NCBI GenBank assembly: GCA_965219455.1
Contig: OZ244744.1
Coordinates: 5,568,001 to 5,632,000, forward strand
DNA length: 64,000 nt
Reading direction: 5' to 3'
Source of the DNA: Candidatus Latescibacterota bacterium
Lineage (GTDB): Bacteria; Latescibacterota; UBA2968; GCA-2709665
In this document: one piece after another, positions 52,068 through 62,986 of the stretch
How the letters are laid out: each line of letters opens with the position of its first letter
Position numbering within the stretch: the stretch's first letter is position 1
Position numbers and translations under genes: made by a program
The notes under the pieces: generated by a model
What the model saw: only the letters and a program-made list of their open reading frames with translations
Told to the model about the DNA's origin: nothing
Databases searched by the model: none

Positions 52068-53324
52068 ATGCAAATTAAAGAGATTGATATCACGTTTCTG
52101 GACGTGCCGTTCGCGCGGCACAGCAACGAACATCTCAAGTACTGGCTACCTCAATGGCGCATCATCCAAATATGCAGGCTCACGATGGAGAACGGCGTTG
52201 AGGGTTGGGGCGAAACCGTTCACAACTATACCTGGGCCCAGGTACCCGAACAAATCGAAAGCCGCATACGGAACCGACCCGCGGCAGAGTTGATGTGGGA
52301 CGACAGTCTGGGCGCCGGCGTGCAAATGGCGTTGTTCGACGCGGTGGCCAAGAGTCTGGCCGTACCCGTCTACCGTTTGCTCGGCACGAAAGTCCGAGAC
52401 TGGTGCCCCATCTCCTGGTGGCACATGGACATGCCGCCCGAGGACTGGGCCGAAGAATGCCGACAGGCGGTGAACGCCGGATATATGAGCGCCAAATTGA
52501 AAGCCCGACCATGGTTCGATCTGCATGCGTCGGTTCGGGCCGTTCGGGAGGTGGTACCGGATGGGTTCCATCTGGACTTCGACTACAACGGTACGCTGGC
52601 AAATTCTGCAAATGCCGTACCTCATCTAAAGGAGTTGGAAGCTTATCCCGAAATTGCCATGGTAGAAACCCCGATTCCCCAGAGCGACGTGGCGGGCAAC
52701 CGCCAGATCCGCAGGCGTTTCAATCGGCCTCTTGCCATGCATTACGGCAGCCCTCCCGCAATCACCGCACTAAAGGAGGACGTGACGGACGGTTTTGTGC
52801 TGTGCGCGGGCGCGTCGCGGCTGTTGAGGCAGGCCGCCGTGTGCGACGAAGCCAACAAGCCCTTCTGGCTGCAGCTTGTCGGAACGGGCATCACAACGGC
52901 GTGGGCGGCGCACCTCGGCGCCGTTCTGCCGCAGGCCAAATGGCCGGCCATCACGTGCATGAACATCTGGGATCACGCGTTAATCGAAACGCCTCACGAC
53001 GTGCGCGGCGGATTCTATCGTGTGCCTGAGGCACCCGGTCTGGGTGTCAACGTCGACGCTGCGGCGTTAGCGCGATACCCAGTCTCTTACGCCTGGGTGG
53101 ACCCACCACGCCATCTCTACCGATACGCCCGTGCCAATGGGGAAATCACCTACTACGCCTGCAACCGACAGGACCTTCACCGGATCTACGTGGAAGACGC
53201 GCAGCCGATTTCGGAACCCGGCTCGATCCTGGAAATCGTATCCGACGACGGCAGCGAGGCATTTGATCGCCGGTATGAGGCCGCTTCCCGAACGCCGTTA
53301 CGGGAAAAAGCGATGCGTGAATGA
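52068..53324 (+). CDS. mandelate racemase/muconate lactonizing enzyme family protein
   Basis: ALFDAVAK, KLK, DYN, EAPGLGV. Confidence 0.88.
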   Translation: MQIKEIDITFLDVPFARHSNEHLKYWLPQWRIIQICRLTMENGVEGWGETVHNYTWAQVPEQIESRIRNRPAAELMWDDSLGAGVQMALFDAVAKSLAVPVYRLLGTKVRDWCPISWWHMDMPPEDWAEECRQAVNAGYMSAKLKARPWFDLHASVRAVREVVPDGFHLDFDYNGTLANSANAVPHLKELEAYPEIAMVETPIPQSDVAGNRQIRRRFNRPLAMHYGSPPAITALKEDVTDGFVLCAGASRLLRQAAVCDEANKPFWLQLVGTGITTAWAAHLGAVLPQAKWPAITCMNIWDHALIETPHDVRGGFYRVPEAPGLGVNVDAAALARYPVSYAWVDPPRHLYRYARANGEITYYACNRQDLHRIYVEDAQPISEPGSILEIVSDDGSEAFDRRYEAASRTPLREKAMRE

Positions 53325-53352
53325 AGCAAATCGTGTCTCCAGGTACAAATCC

Positions 53353-53386
53353 AAAGCGGGGCTTCCTTAAGGGAAGCCCCGCTTTT
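53353..53386. terminator. bidirectional intrinsic terminator
   Basis: aaagcggggcttcc-ttaag-ggaagccccgcttt between convergent genes. Confidence 0.85.
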
Positions 53387-53410
53387 TCCAGAGTAACGAG
53401 TACACTGGGA

Positions 53411-54718
53411 TCAGTTTACAAAAGCATCGTAAATGGCTCGCACAGCCCGCTTGTAGTCCGTCTCTTCCACACCTACAATGATGTTGATTTCGGAAGCGCC
53501 CTGATCAATCACACGGACGTTGACACGTGCGTCGGCAAGCGCACTGAACAAACGGGCAGCGATGCCGATCCGATGGGACATCCCTTCGCCGACCGTTGCG
53601 ATGAGGGCCAACCCCTGCAACAGCTCGACGCGGTCCGGCTGCAGGATCCGCTGAATATCGTCGACGAGCCGCTCGCCTTTTTCGCCGAGTTGGTCATCGC
53701 GCATGATAACCGACATCGTATCGATTCCGGACGGCGTATGTTCATAACTGATATCGTGCGATGCCACCGCCTCCAACACCTGCCGGCCAAAGCCCTTCTG
53801 CTGGTTCATCATTGCTTTTTCGATAAACAACATCGTAAAAGCCGGCTGTCCGGCCACACCTGCAATGAGATCGTCGGTCAATTCCCTGCGGGCCAGAATG
53901 CGGGTTCCGAAATCATTGGGCCGGTTCGTGTTTCGAATATGAATGGGGATTCCTGCGGCGCGAACCGGAAACATGGCCTCGTCGTGGAAAACCGATGCCC
54001 CCATATACGCCAGTTCCCGAACCTCACGATACGTAATTTCACGAACAGAGCGCGCATCGGGCACCAGGCGTGGATCCGCCATCAGAAGGCCCGATACGTC
54101 GGTCCAGTTCTCGTAGACATCGGCATCGACCGCCCGCGCCACAATGGCGCCCGTGATATCGGAACCGCCTCGTGAAAACGTCCTCACCTCACCGCCCGGA
54201 TCGGTGCCGTAGAATCCAGGTACGACGAACAACCCGCCGCCGCCGACCCGCTCTCCGAGCAGGCTGTAACTGGCGGGGTCCAGTTGGCCCCCAGGACGAA
54301 AATGGATGGCTTCTGCCGCGTCGACGAAGGTCGCGCCCAGAAAATCGGCCATCACCCGACCACACAGATACTCGCCCCTTGAAGCGACAAAATCCCGGGA
54401 TGCCCCTTTTTCAATACTTATCTTCAACCGGTCGAGCAACTGCACGATATCCAGGCGGATTCCCAGTTTTGCCGCCAATTCTTCATATCGGGCGCGTACC
54501 TTTGAGTATGGCCCGGAAAAATCCAGATTCTGCCTGGCCAGTTCGTGGCACAGGTAAAGCAGGTCCGTGATTTTCGTATCGGCATCGTTGCGCTTGCCGG
54601 GCGCCGACGGCACAATGAACCGCCTGCGCGCATCGGATTCGATAATTTCCCTGACCTGAACCACCTGCCGTTCGTCGGCCAGCGAACTCCCGCCGAATTT
54701 ACACACCACCGTTTCCAT
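53411..54718 (-). CDS. lysC: aspartate kinase
   Basis: KFGGSSLAD, SRGGSDITG, WTDVSG, ACT domains. Confidence 0.93.
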   Translation of the reverse strand: METVVCKFGGSSLADERQVVQVREIIESDARRRFIVPSAPGKRNDADTKITDLLYLCHELARQNLDFSGPYSKVRARYEELAAKLGIRLDIVQLLDRLKISIEKGASRDFVASRGEYLCGRVMADFLGATFVDAAEAIHFRPGGQLDPASYSLLGERVGGGGLFVVPGFYGTDPGGEVRTFSRGGSDITGAIVARAVDADVYENWTDVSGLLMADPRLVPDARSVREITYREVRELAYMGASVFHDEAMFPVRAAGIPIHIRNTNRPNDFGTRILARRELTDDLIAGVAGQPAFTMLFIEKAMMNQQKGFGRQVLEAVASHDISYEHTPSGIDTMSVIMRDDQLGEKGERLVDDIQRILQPDRVELLQGLALIATVGEGMSHRIGIAARLFSALADARVNVRVIDQGASEINIIVGVEETDYKRAVRAIYDAFVN

Positions 54719-54828
54719 ACCCCGGTTGGACCTCCGATCGGCGCCCGTTCCCTCACCGGGCCTGCGCGTTGCCGGTTCAGTGACGGGGCACACGCATTTT
54801 CTTCGTGATTTTTACGACACGCCTCCCG

Positions 54829-55749
54829 TCAGGCAGGATTCCGCTTCCGGTAAAGGCGAAGCTCCTTCAACAACTCCCTCACGGGCGTGAGTTCCGGATC
54901 GATCCTCAATGCCTCATTCAATGCGTCGATCGCCCTCTGCAAATCGGAGGACCCGCCGCCCCGCTCGGACAGCCGCCAGTAGCACAGACCCATGACATGA
55001 TGCGCTCTGGCTCTGTCGCCCTTTTCAAGGAACTCATAAGCCAACGCTTTCCTTGCAAGGTCGACGCCTTCCGCGTAGCGGGCGGCCCGGAACGTGTAAA
55101 AAGCCGCAAACACCCTCGCATGCGCGACAGCATCTTCTCCGACGCCGTATTCCAGACCCCGACTCACAACGCGGAGCGCTTCACCATAACGCCTGACGCC
55201 CTCCAGCATGCGCGCGACGTCGGTAGCCTGGCGACACAATTTGTCTCGCCAGGCTTTGTCCGCCTCTGTGGGACGAAACTCGTACTTCGACCAGAGACTG
55301 TCCTGCCGCCCCCAGATTTTAAGCACGGCCTGTATAATTGAGGGATAACCTGTCATGGCGCCGGATCGGGAGTGCAGATGCGTATTGTTGAAAAAATGCC
55401 GACCCAGCGCCCGGACGACCGGCGGGTATCCCGGCGCGACAGAATCCACGCGAGAGTAGACAGGCACCCACTGGCCGTCACCGAGAGAATCCGAACCCGC
55501 CAGCAAGGCCTGGGCCTTCACAAGCTGCTCATGCCGTTCTGCCGCTTTCTTACCGGACGGCGTATCTCCGTATTTTTCGGCGACCTCTGCATACTGCGCA
55601 ATCGTCTGAGGCAGGGTTTCCACCTGCTCTTCCAGGTCTCTGAATACAACATAATACAATCGCTCCGCCTTCTTCGCTCTCCGGGCCGCCTCGTTGTCGC
55701 AACCTGCACACAACGCCAGACACAGAAATACAAGAATCAATCTCGTCAT
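54829..55749 (-). CDS. TPR-repeat lipoprotein
   Basis: Lipobox CAGC; C-terminal TPR-like ALRIDP. Confidence 0.7.
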   Translation of the reverse strand: MTRLILVFLCLALCAGCDNEAARRAKKAERLYYVVFRDLEEQVETLPQTIAQYAEVAEKYGDTPSGKKAAERHEQLVKAQALLAGSDSLGDGQWVPVYSRVDSVAPGYPPVVRALGRHFFNNTHLHSRSGAMTGYPSIIQAVLKIWGRQDSLWSKYEFRPTEADKAWRDKLCRQATDVARMLEGVRRYGEALRVVSRGLEYGVGEDAVAHARVFAAFYTFRAARYAEGVDLARKALAYEFLEKGDRARAHHVMGLCYWRLSERGGGSSDLQRAIDALNEALRIDPELTPVRELLKELRLYRKRNPA

Positions 55750-55866
55750 TGCACATCGCTCCCCGATTGTGAATTCTCGCGCCCCAATATTGCGCGGCCT
55801 CACGGGCGTCATACCCGTTCGTGACGTTTCAGCGGCGGCCTATCGGATCTGAATGAACACAAAAAG

Positions 55867-56847
55867 CTACTCGATATCCGCGCGAATCGGCATCTCCGAC
55901 GCGCCCTTCCGGCTGATCTTGTCGATCAACCTCCGATTGAACTCGCGTGCCGTATGATAACCCTGAATCTTGAGTTGATAATTCAACGCAATGGCCTCCG
56001 AGATGACCGTGATGTTCTTGCCCGGATAGATCGGCACGGTCACCTGTGGAATCTCCACGTCGAGAATCGACACCCAATCCTCCTCCAGCCCTACCCGCTC
56101 GAAGGATTCAGTCTGGTCCCATTCCACAAGTTGAACAACGACCTCGACTCGTTTTTGAATCCGAAAAGCGCCGATACCAAACATGTGTCGGACGTTCAGA
56201 ATGCCAAGACCGCGGATTTCCATATGATCTCGAAGCGTATCGCCGCAGGTGCCAACCAGAATGCCCTGGAGCTTTCTGGAGACCAGCACGATGTCGTCGG
56301 CAACCAGCCTGTGTCCGCGCTCCACGAGGTCCAATGCAATTTCACTCTTCCCAATTCCGCTTCGACCGGTAAACAGCAAGCCGATTCCGTAAACATCGAC
56401 GAGAGACCCGTGGATGGCGGTCCGGGGCGCAAACACATCGTCCAGATAGTATGAAAAGAGATGGGAAAACTTCGTGGTCGAGAACGGAGTGACCATCAGC
56501 GGGATACGTCGCTGCCCGGCCAATTTCACCAGGGTTTGGGGCACCTCGTTTCCGTCAGTAACCACCACACACGGGATGTCGAACTGGAACACGGTTTCCA
56601 GTACCGTGCGGAGTTTGCGGGCAGAAAGGCCGTCGAGGTACAACATTTCGGAGTTGCCGAGTACCTGTGCGCGGTCGAACGTAAAAAGTCCCACAAAGCC
56701 CGCCAGGACGAGACCGGGGCGGTGCACATCGCTGGAGGTCAGCCTTTTTTCCGTGTTGTCTTTGCCGGCTATCAACTTCAGCGCCAGCTTTTCACCGAAG
56801 TGCTCCAGGACTTCCGCGATTGAGATTTCCTGCACACCACGCTCCAT
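55867..56847 (-). CDS. hprK: HPr kinase/phosphorylase
   Basis: HRPGL, GRSGIGKSE.ALDLVERGHRLVADD, EIRGLGI. Confidence 0.96.
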   Translation of the reverse strand: MERGVQEISIAEVLEHFGEKLALKLIAGKDNTEKRLTSSDVHRPGLVLAGFVGLFTFDRAQVLGNSEMLYLDGLSARKLRTVLETVFQFDIPCVVVTDGNEVPQTLVKLAGQRRIPLMVTPFSTTKFSHLFSYYLDDVFAPRTAIHGSLVDVYGIGLLFTGRSGIGKSEIALDLVERGHRLVADDIVLVSRKLQGILVGTCGDTLRDHMEIRGLGILNVRHMFGIGAFRIQKRVEVVVQLVEWDQTESFERVGLEEDWVSILDVEIPQVTVPIYPGKNITVISEAIALNYQLKIQGYHTAREFNRRLIDKISRKGASEMPIRADIE

Positions 56848-57110
56848 GGTCTGGCGTTGTTGCGAGCCTGAAAACGAGGATTGAATGACAGAATCCGAAC
56901 CCCGTTCGTCACCCCGTAGTCCAACGCACATAACCTTTAAATTTATAGGTTCTTGCAACAAGTTGAATATATGTCAAAAAACCGCGACTGTCAAGCAGTT
57001 GGATCTCAATGATCCAGGACTTCGGGCTTGACTTGGTACCGACTAGAGGCTATACTCCGTGCACGGTCCGACTGCTGCGATAATTGGATATCCGAGGACG
57101 GGTGGATTCG

Positions 57111-58328
57111 ATGCAACTGATCGCGAGCTTCTACCTCATCTACGCCATCTGCCTGATCTGCCGAAACCTGTTCGTAAGACGGAAGCTTGCCGCACCCCTG
57201 GACAGTCTACGAACAAGCCATCTGCATTTCGTTCCCATTGGGATGGCCGTGGGTTTCATCCTCTCCACGGAGAGCGACCTGGCAGGGATCGTTGAAGACA
57301 TACAAAAGGGACTGTTGGGCGTCGTACTGGTCTGGTTCGGTGTCGTCACGGGGCTCCGGTTTGATTTTCGCCGGCTGGGAAGACGCATGTCGCGCCACCT
57401 TACGCTTGAAGGTCTTCAGGTCCTTGGAACCGCCGCCATCGTTTTTTTTCTCGCCTTGCTGGGGAGACCGGTGTTGCGGTACCAAATGGGCATCACGGCC
57501 GAACCCTTCCTTATCGCGCTGCTGCTGGGCACGCTGGCAACCACGCTCCGTATACCGGATCGGATATTTTATGTCCGATCCACACTAGCCACGACCCCGG
57601 TCGAAAATTCGCCGGCAGGCCCGCTTATCACCAACGCCGCCGCAATGACGCTTCTTACGATTTTGTACCCGTATTGTTCGGGTGGCGCCGTTGTCGAACT
57701 GGGTCCCTTCACCCTGGTGGCCACCGGCAGTTTCTGGGCGTTATATGGGTGCGTGGGGATACTTCTTGGGCTGTTGCTTACCTTTGTCTTTGGCACCTTT
57801 CAGGACGATATCCTGTGCACAATTATCGCGACCGGTACCATCGCTACCGTCGGTGGACTCTGCATAGGAAAGGGGATTCCGGGGGTTGTCGTTGGTTTCA
57901 TCTCCGGCGTATGGTTCATCAATACGACCACACGTCGGCGGGATGCGCTTGAACTTCTGGAAAAAACCACGGGCATCCTGCAACCCGTCTTTTTCCTGGT
58001 TGTTGGCGGTCTGCTTGCAACACAGAACCTCACTGTGCTACGGTTGTCGGCTTTCGCCTTTTTGTTCCTGGTCGCCAGAAATCTGGCGAGGGGTATCAGC
58101 CTGACGGTTGCCGCCCGTCTGACCCGCTGTCACCTTTCACTGACTGAAATAATCGGCTCTGCGCTCAGGCCGCTCGGGACGCTGTCCGTGGCTCTGGCGG
58201 CCCAGCTTCTCCTATTGGATTCGGGGCCCAACCTTTACGCCCTCATCGCCGCGGTTCTGGTTGCAGCCGCGATTGGTCAGGTTATACCGTTGCCCAAACC
58301 TCGAGACGTTTCCGCCTCAAGCACTTAA
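57111..58328 (+). CDS. cation/H+ exchanger-like membrane protein
   Basis: Many TM helices; PVFFLVVG. Confidence 0.65.
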   Translation: MQLIASFYLIYAICLICRNLFVRRKLAAPLDSLRTSHLHFVPIGMAVGFILSTESDLAGIVEDIQKGLLGVVLVWFGVVTGLRFDFRRLGRRMSRHLTLEGLQVLGTAAIVFFLALLGRPVLRYQMGITAEPFLIALLLGTLATTLRIPDRIFYVRSTLATTPVENSPAGPLITNAAAMTLLTILYPYCSGGAVVELGPFTLVATGSFWALYGCVGILLGLLLTFVFGTFQDDILCTIIATGTIATVGGLCIGKGIPGVVVGFISGVWFINTTTRRRDALELLEKTTGILQPVFFLVVGGLLATQNLTVLRLSAFAFLFLVARNLARGISLTVAARLTRCHLSLTEIIGSALRPLGTLSVALAAQLLLLDSGPNLYALIAAVLVAAAIGQVIPLPKPRDVSASST

Positions 58329-58341
58329 CGGAAGGCGCCGT

Positions 58342-59544
58342 ATGAGGCGGTTTCTTATCTGCGTCATTGTATGTGCGGTTGTCTGGGGAGCCCAACGGGA
58401 TTTTCCGGATTCAATCCAACCGGTGGTATACGTCGGCCTTATGCTGATGGTACCCTTGATCCTGGCAAGCACGCTGGCAGGGTCAGGCTTTCCTGTCCAC
58501 GTGATACCCCTTGTACTGGGATTCATGGCCGGCGGTTTCGGATTACTGGACACGGGCGCATTCATTGCAACAGCGCCATTTGCCGAACTCGCACAGGTCT
58601 GGGTCGGCCTGTATCTGGGAGCAAGTTTTTCCTGTCACCGGTTCTTCAGCAAGAATCTTGGCGGAGCCGCGTTGCTCTCCGTTGGCGCGACATTGGTCCC
58701 GGCTTCGCTGGCGTTTGTGTTATTTCTGGATTTTTCGGCCGTCCAGGCGATTCGTCTGGGTCTGCTAGCTGCGATGTCCGGCCCGATGATCACGCTCATT
58801 TCTCAACCGGAAAGACGAGAGGCCCTGTCCTTTTCGCTCCTGGTAACGATGCTGGGGATTTCGTTGTGGTTCCTCGCCGACCTCATCCTGCGCACACCCG
58901 GCCTGTATCGGGCGGTGCCGTCCGCAATAATGTGGGCGGTGGGCGTTGAACTCATCGTCAGGTTAACGCACACGGTTAGAACCCGGCATGGCGGACAGGT
59001 TCTGTTCGGCGCGATTGTGGCGACGCTTTTCGTTTGTGCGCGAGTGATGGATTTATCCCCCCTCTTTCTGGCGCTCGTGACCGGTGTGGGCGTCTCCGCC
59101 CGGACAGGGAGATCCGGATATTCCCTGCGGGCGATGGAGCCCCTGTCGGTCCCTCTCTCTCATTTTATACTCACGTATTTTGTGGCCAACCTTGACCTCA
59201 CCGGCTTTTTGGAACTCTCCGTGCTTCATTGGAAGATTCTGATCGTCTACGTTGCCGCGATGCTTTTTGGCAAGACCGTCGGAGGTTTGGCCGCGAGGCG
59301 TTTTGCTTGTTTGTACATTCGAGACTGGTCGCAGATACTCCCCCAGGGATTTGTCGTATTCGTACTTCTGTCCGAAGTGTTCTCAACGGGAATGGAGCCG
59401 GCCCTTCGCGACGGGCTGAGCGCCAGCGTGGTTCTGCTGTGCGGCATTGTCCTGCCGTTGCTGACGGCTCCTGTACTCGTCCTGTACGAGCGCATGGATC
59501 GCCGGCGAATTCAGAGCTCCGCACGTGTTCTGTCTCGGAAATAG
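58342..59544 (+). CDS. cation/H+ exchanger-like membrane protein
   Basis: Many TM helices; GKTVGG, LPQG. Confidence 0.65.
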   Translation: MRRFLICVIVCAVVWGAQRDFPDSIQPVVYVGLMLMVPLILASTLAGSGFPVHVIPLVLGFMAGGFGLLDTGAFIATAPFAELAQVWVGLYLGASFSCHRFFSKNLGGAALLSVGATLVPASLAFVLFLDFSAVQAIRLGLLAAMSGPMITLISQPERREALSFSLLVTMLGISLWFLADLILRTPGLYRAVPSAIMWAVGVELIVRLTHTVRTRHGGQVLFGAIVATLFVCARVMDLSPLFLALVTGVGVSARTGRSGYSLRAMEPLSVPLSHFILTYFVANLDLTGFLELSVLHWKILIVYVAAMLFGKTVGGLAARRFACLYIRDWSQILPQGFVVFVLLSEVFSTGMEPALRDGLSASVVLLCGIVLPLLTAPVLVLYERMDRRRIQSSARVLSRK

Positions 59545-59830
59545 ATTGCCGAAATTCGGCCGTCGGGTCGCTCGGGTCGCATCCTTCGACAGGCTCAGGA
59601 ACCGGCACCTGCGACCTGCGGAAGGTTGGCCGAACGTAGCGAGACGGGATGAACCGGCCTGCCTGTACGTGCTGTCTCACGCACGCAGACAGGCGGAAAA
59701 ATGGTGACATATTTCCGGGAAGGGACACCTGATCGGCCGGTTCGGTGGAAGAAAAAAAGCCACCCACTGGTGCGATGGCCAATCTTCTTTAGAGCGCCGA
59801 ATCCATTCACGGTTGTTTATCGATCGCTAG

Positions 59831-61714
59831 TCCTTAAACAAGCGTGACCAGTGAAATTTTTCTGGTCCAAGAGACCGGAAAGGCCTACCGTTGTTGGAGA
59901 TAGATGGATTGTGCTAGAAATCATCACGCCAACGCAGGAGACCTTTCCGGTGAAAAGAATATCGGTTGATGACAGCCGCAGGAACCGTGCTCGTCGCAAA
60001 CGCAAAGTGGCCGCCCGCCACGGTCGAGCGGGGCATTGGCAGGCCCAGCGCCGGCCCATGTTCAGTCCTGGCAAAGTGCACTACGAGGTAGGCGCCTACA
60101 CCGACGCGATGAGTTACGGAGGCATCGGCGCCGTGCATCGCCTGGTCACCAAGCTGGGTCTGCCCAAGCGCATCGACGCGTCACTGTCCTTGTTGAAGGT
60201 GCATCTGCCCTATCATGAGTCGGACCACGTACTAAACATCACATACAACGTGTTATGCGGCGGCACGCGCTTGGAGGATATCGAGCGTTTGCGAAGTGAC
60301 GGGGCCTACATGAATGCCCTGGGCGCCAAGTTGATTCCCGATCCGACCACGGCGGGTGACTTTTGCCGACGCTTCTCGGAACGGGACATCGTCGAACTGA
60401 TGGCGTGCATCAACGCGGTGCGATCCTCCTTGTGGGCATCGCGTGGCCGCAAATTGCTTGGTGACATCACCTATATCGATGTGGACGGCACAAACGTGCC
60501 CACGTATGGCAAGCGCAAGAGGGGTATGGACATCTCTTACCAGGGCATCTGGGGCTACCATCCGCTGGTGATCTCACTTTCCAACACGAAGGAAGTGCTC
60601 TTCCTGGTCAACCGACCGGGGAATGTGCCCAGCCACACCGGTGCGGCACAGTGGATCGACGCGGCCATCGACCTGGTGCAGCCCCACGCCAAGCGCATCT
60701 GTGTGCGTGGCGACACCGACTTTTTCTTGACTCGACATCTTGATCGCTGGGCCAAAAGCGTCGACTTCATCTTCGGGATGGACGCCAACGCGGCGATGCG
60801 TTCCCGTGCCGAGGCCCTCGACGAGGCACAATGGCAGCCCCTGCAACGCAAACCCCGTTATCACACCGTGACCGACCAGAAGCGGAAGCGCAATCAGCCC
60901 CACGAGAAACAGCGCATCGTCCACAAGCGGGCCTACGCCAACCTGGTGCTGAACCACGAACACGTGGCCGAGTTCAACTACCAACCCACGCGCTGTAAAC
61001 GTGGGTATCGCGTCGTGGTCCTGCGCAAGAACATCAGCAAAATGAAGGGCGACCTTGTCCTGTTCGACGAATGCCGTTATTTCTTCTATATCACGACACG
61101 CACGGACGTGACCCCCCAAGAGATCGTCGCCTGCGCCAACCAACGCTGCGATCAGGAGAACGTCATCGAGCAACTCAAAAACGGCGTCAACGCCTTGCGC
61201 GTGCCCCTGTATGACCTGGTCAGCAACTGGGCCTATATGGTCATCGCCGCCCTGGCCTGGAACCTCAAATCCTGGTTTGCCATGATGATGCACAGACACC
61301 GTGATCGACAGCAGTACGTCTGCATGGAATTCCGGCGCTTCATCCACAGCATTATCTTGATTCCCTGCCACGTCATCCAACGCGCGCGCACCACCACGTT
61401 ACGGCTCATCGGCTATCAACCCACCCTCGATCGCCTCTTCAGCACCTGGCGTATCATTGAACGCACCGGATTTGGATAACACCAATGCAGCACCACCGAT
61501 GACACACAAACGCGGCGCCATCCCCACACCCCTCAACGGACCGGTGTGTCCACCACGCGTCTCAACGCCACTTCGGATACTCAATTTACCATAGCGACCA
61601 CGACAAACACGGCCCTAAAAACCATCCAAAACGCCAATTCCATATAAATCGACACCAACGCCTCAACACAAACACAAATCACTGTGGCGCACACGATACT
61701 CGCTTATTTTAGGG
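59831..61714 (+). mobile_element. IS1380 family insertion sequence
   Basis: Imperfect inverted repeats tccttaaacaagcg / cgcttattttaggg; CTAG duplication at 59827-59830 and 61715-61718. Confidence 0.88.
59851..61479 (+). CDS. IS1380 family DDE transposase (start may be 59950)
   Basis: IDVDGT, GYHPL, RGDTDF, RCDQENVIEQLK. Confidence 0.93.
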   Translation: MKFFWSKRPERPTVVGDRWIVLEIITPTQETFPVKRISVDDSRRNRARRKRKVAARHGRAGHWQAQRRPMFSPGKVHYEVGAYTDAMSYGGIGAVHRLVTKLGLPKRIDASLSLLKVHLPYHESDHVLNITYNVLCGGTRLEDIERLRSDGAYMNALGAKLIPDPTTAGDFCRRFSERDIVELMACINAVRSSLWASRGRKLLGDITYIDVDGTNVPTYGKRKRGMDISYQGIWGYHPLVISLSNTKEVLFLVNRPGNVPSHTGAAQWIDAAIDLVQPHAKRICVRGDTDFFLTRHLDRWAKSVDFIFGMDANAAMRSRAEALDEAQWQPLQRKPRYHTVTDQKRKRNQPHEKQRIVHKRAYANLVLNHEHVAEFNYQPTRCKRGYRVVVLRKNISKMKGDLVLFDECRYFFYITTRTDVTPQEIVACANQRCDQENVIEQLKNGVNALRVPLYDLVSNWAYMVIAALAWNLKSWFAMMMHRHRDRQQYVCMEFRRFIHSIILIPCHVIQRARTTTLRLIGYQPTLDRLFSTWRIIERTGFG

Positions 61715-62962
61715 CTAGTTCACCCAGCCAGACAAGGAGAACGTCTGCATGATGAAACGCTCCGAAGCCCCATGTCTGGCCACGTCACCTCGTCTGCCGA
61801 ACTCAATTACGTAACGGAAACTGCCCACGCCGCGGGTTTCGAAGGGCAGTGAAATACCGAGACTCACGCCAGTCTCGCCAATCTGCGAGTCTCCGGCAGT
61901 CTTGAAATAAAGCGACCGATAGTAAGCTCCTGCCGTCAATTCGATCCGTCTGCGCGTACTGCGGATATCCGGATCGCCCGTTCTGTATAGGATGCCGCCT
62001 GCCAGGTCGGTCGTATTGTAGCGGCCTGGTTCCGTTTTTTCCCAGAAAGCCCGTTCGAAATCGAGTGCCGCCAGCCAACGATATCCCGGCCGGTATGCCA
62101 GCCCAACGCCGATGCTGGCCGGCATTTTTACATCCAACTTCGAACGAGTCTCCTCTTCGAACCCTATTTCGGCGAAAAAATTGCGCAAAATGCGTGTCTG
62201 GGTGATGGTGGAGGCAGCCCGTAACGCGGCTCCGAAGAACCACTTCCCACCCCCGGAATATACGGCGCCAAGCGTGGGCTGCGCGCCGCTGTGGGTACGC
62301 ACGAGTCGATCCTCACTGTTTAGAAATTCGGGAATCTGCCGGTTATCGGCATCCGACAAAAAAGACCCCTCGGATCCCTCCGGCCCGCTCGAACCGAAAT
62401 CTTTCGTCCACGTCTCGGTAATGGTCCCGATTGAGATAACACTCAGGTTTCCGCCCAGCAGCCAGCTGCCCCATCTGTGTGCGAGCCCAAAAGTAAACGC
62501 CTGAATGCCGCCGGTTGCGTTGACCCGCAACGTGTAGGGAACCGCAGAGGTACTTTCGGCTCTGACAAGGTCGAAATCCAGGTCCGTTAACGGCTCCAGG
62601 CCCACGCCAAGGACCGTACCGTTCCGAATGGGCAACACGACCTGGAATGCGCCGATATCCCCGTCGGAGACCACGTGCCGGCTCCGCCCGTCATTAAGGG
62701 AACGGCGTTGCACAAAGAAGCGACTCTGCACGGCGGCGCGCGAAAATGCAGCCAGCAGCGCAGGATTTGCCGAACTGAAATTCTGGCTGTCGGCAAGCGC
62801 ACGCCCGGCGCCCCCCATGCCCCTCGCCCGCACGTCAACACGGCGTTCGGAATCTCCGACGCCATTGAAGGAGAAGATGGATTTCGCCAGGGGCGAATCC
62901 ACCCAGGCGCCGAGAACGAGAAAACAGATCAACTTAACTGAAACAATACCGAATGGGTTCAC
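61715..62962 (-). CDS. outer membrane beta-barrel protein (FadL/PorV-like)
   Basis: Signal peptide; ARGMGGAG, NPALL motifs; alternating beta pattern. Confidence 0.75.
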   Translation of the reverse strand: MNPFGIVSVKLICFLVLGAWVDSPLAKSIFSFNGVGDSERRVDVRARGMGGAGRALADSQNFSSANPALLAAFSRAAVQSRFFVQRRSLNDGRSRHVVSDGDIGAFQVVLPIRNGTVLGVGLEPLTDLDFDLVRAESTSAVPYTLRVNATGGIQAFTFGLAHRWGSWLLGGNLSVISIGTITETWTKDFGSSGPEGSEGSFLSDADNRQIPEFLNSEDRLVRTHSGAQPTLGAVYSGGGKWFFGAALRAASTITQTRILRNFFAEIGFEEETRSKLDVKMPASIGVGLAYRPGYRWLAALDFERAFWEKTEPGRYNTTDLAGGILYRTGDPDIRSTRRRIELTAGAYYRSLYFKTAGDSQIGETGVSLGISLPFETRGVGSFRYVIEFGRRGDVARHGASERFIMQTFSLSGWVN

Positions 62963-62986
62963 ACGCTTCCTCGAGAAGACACGTTG

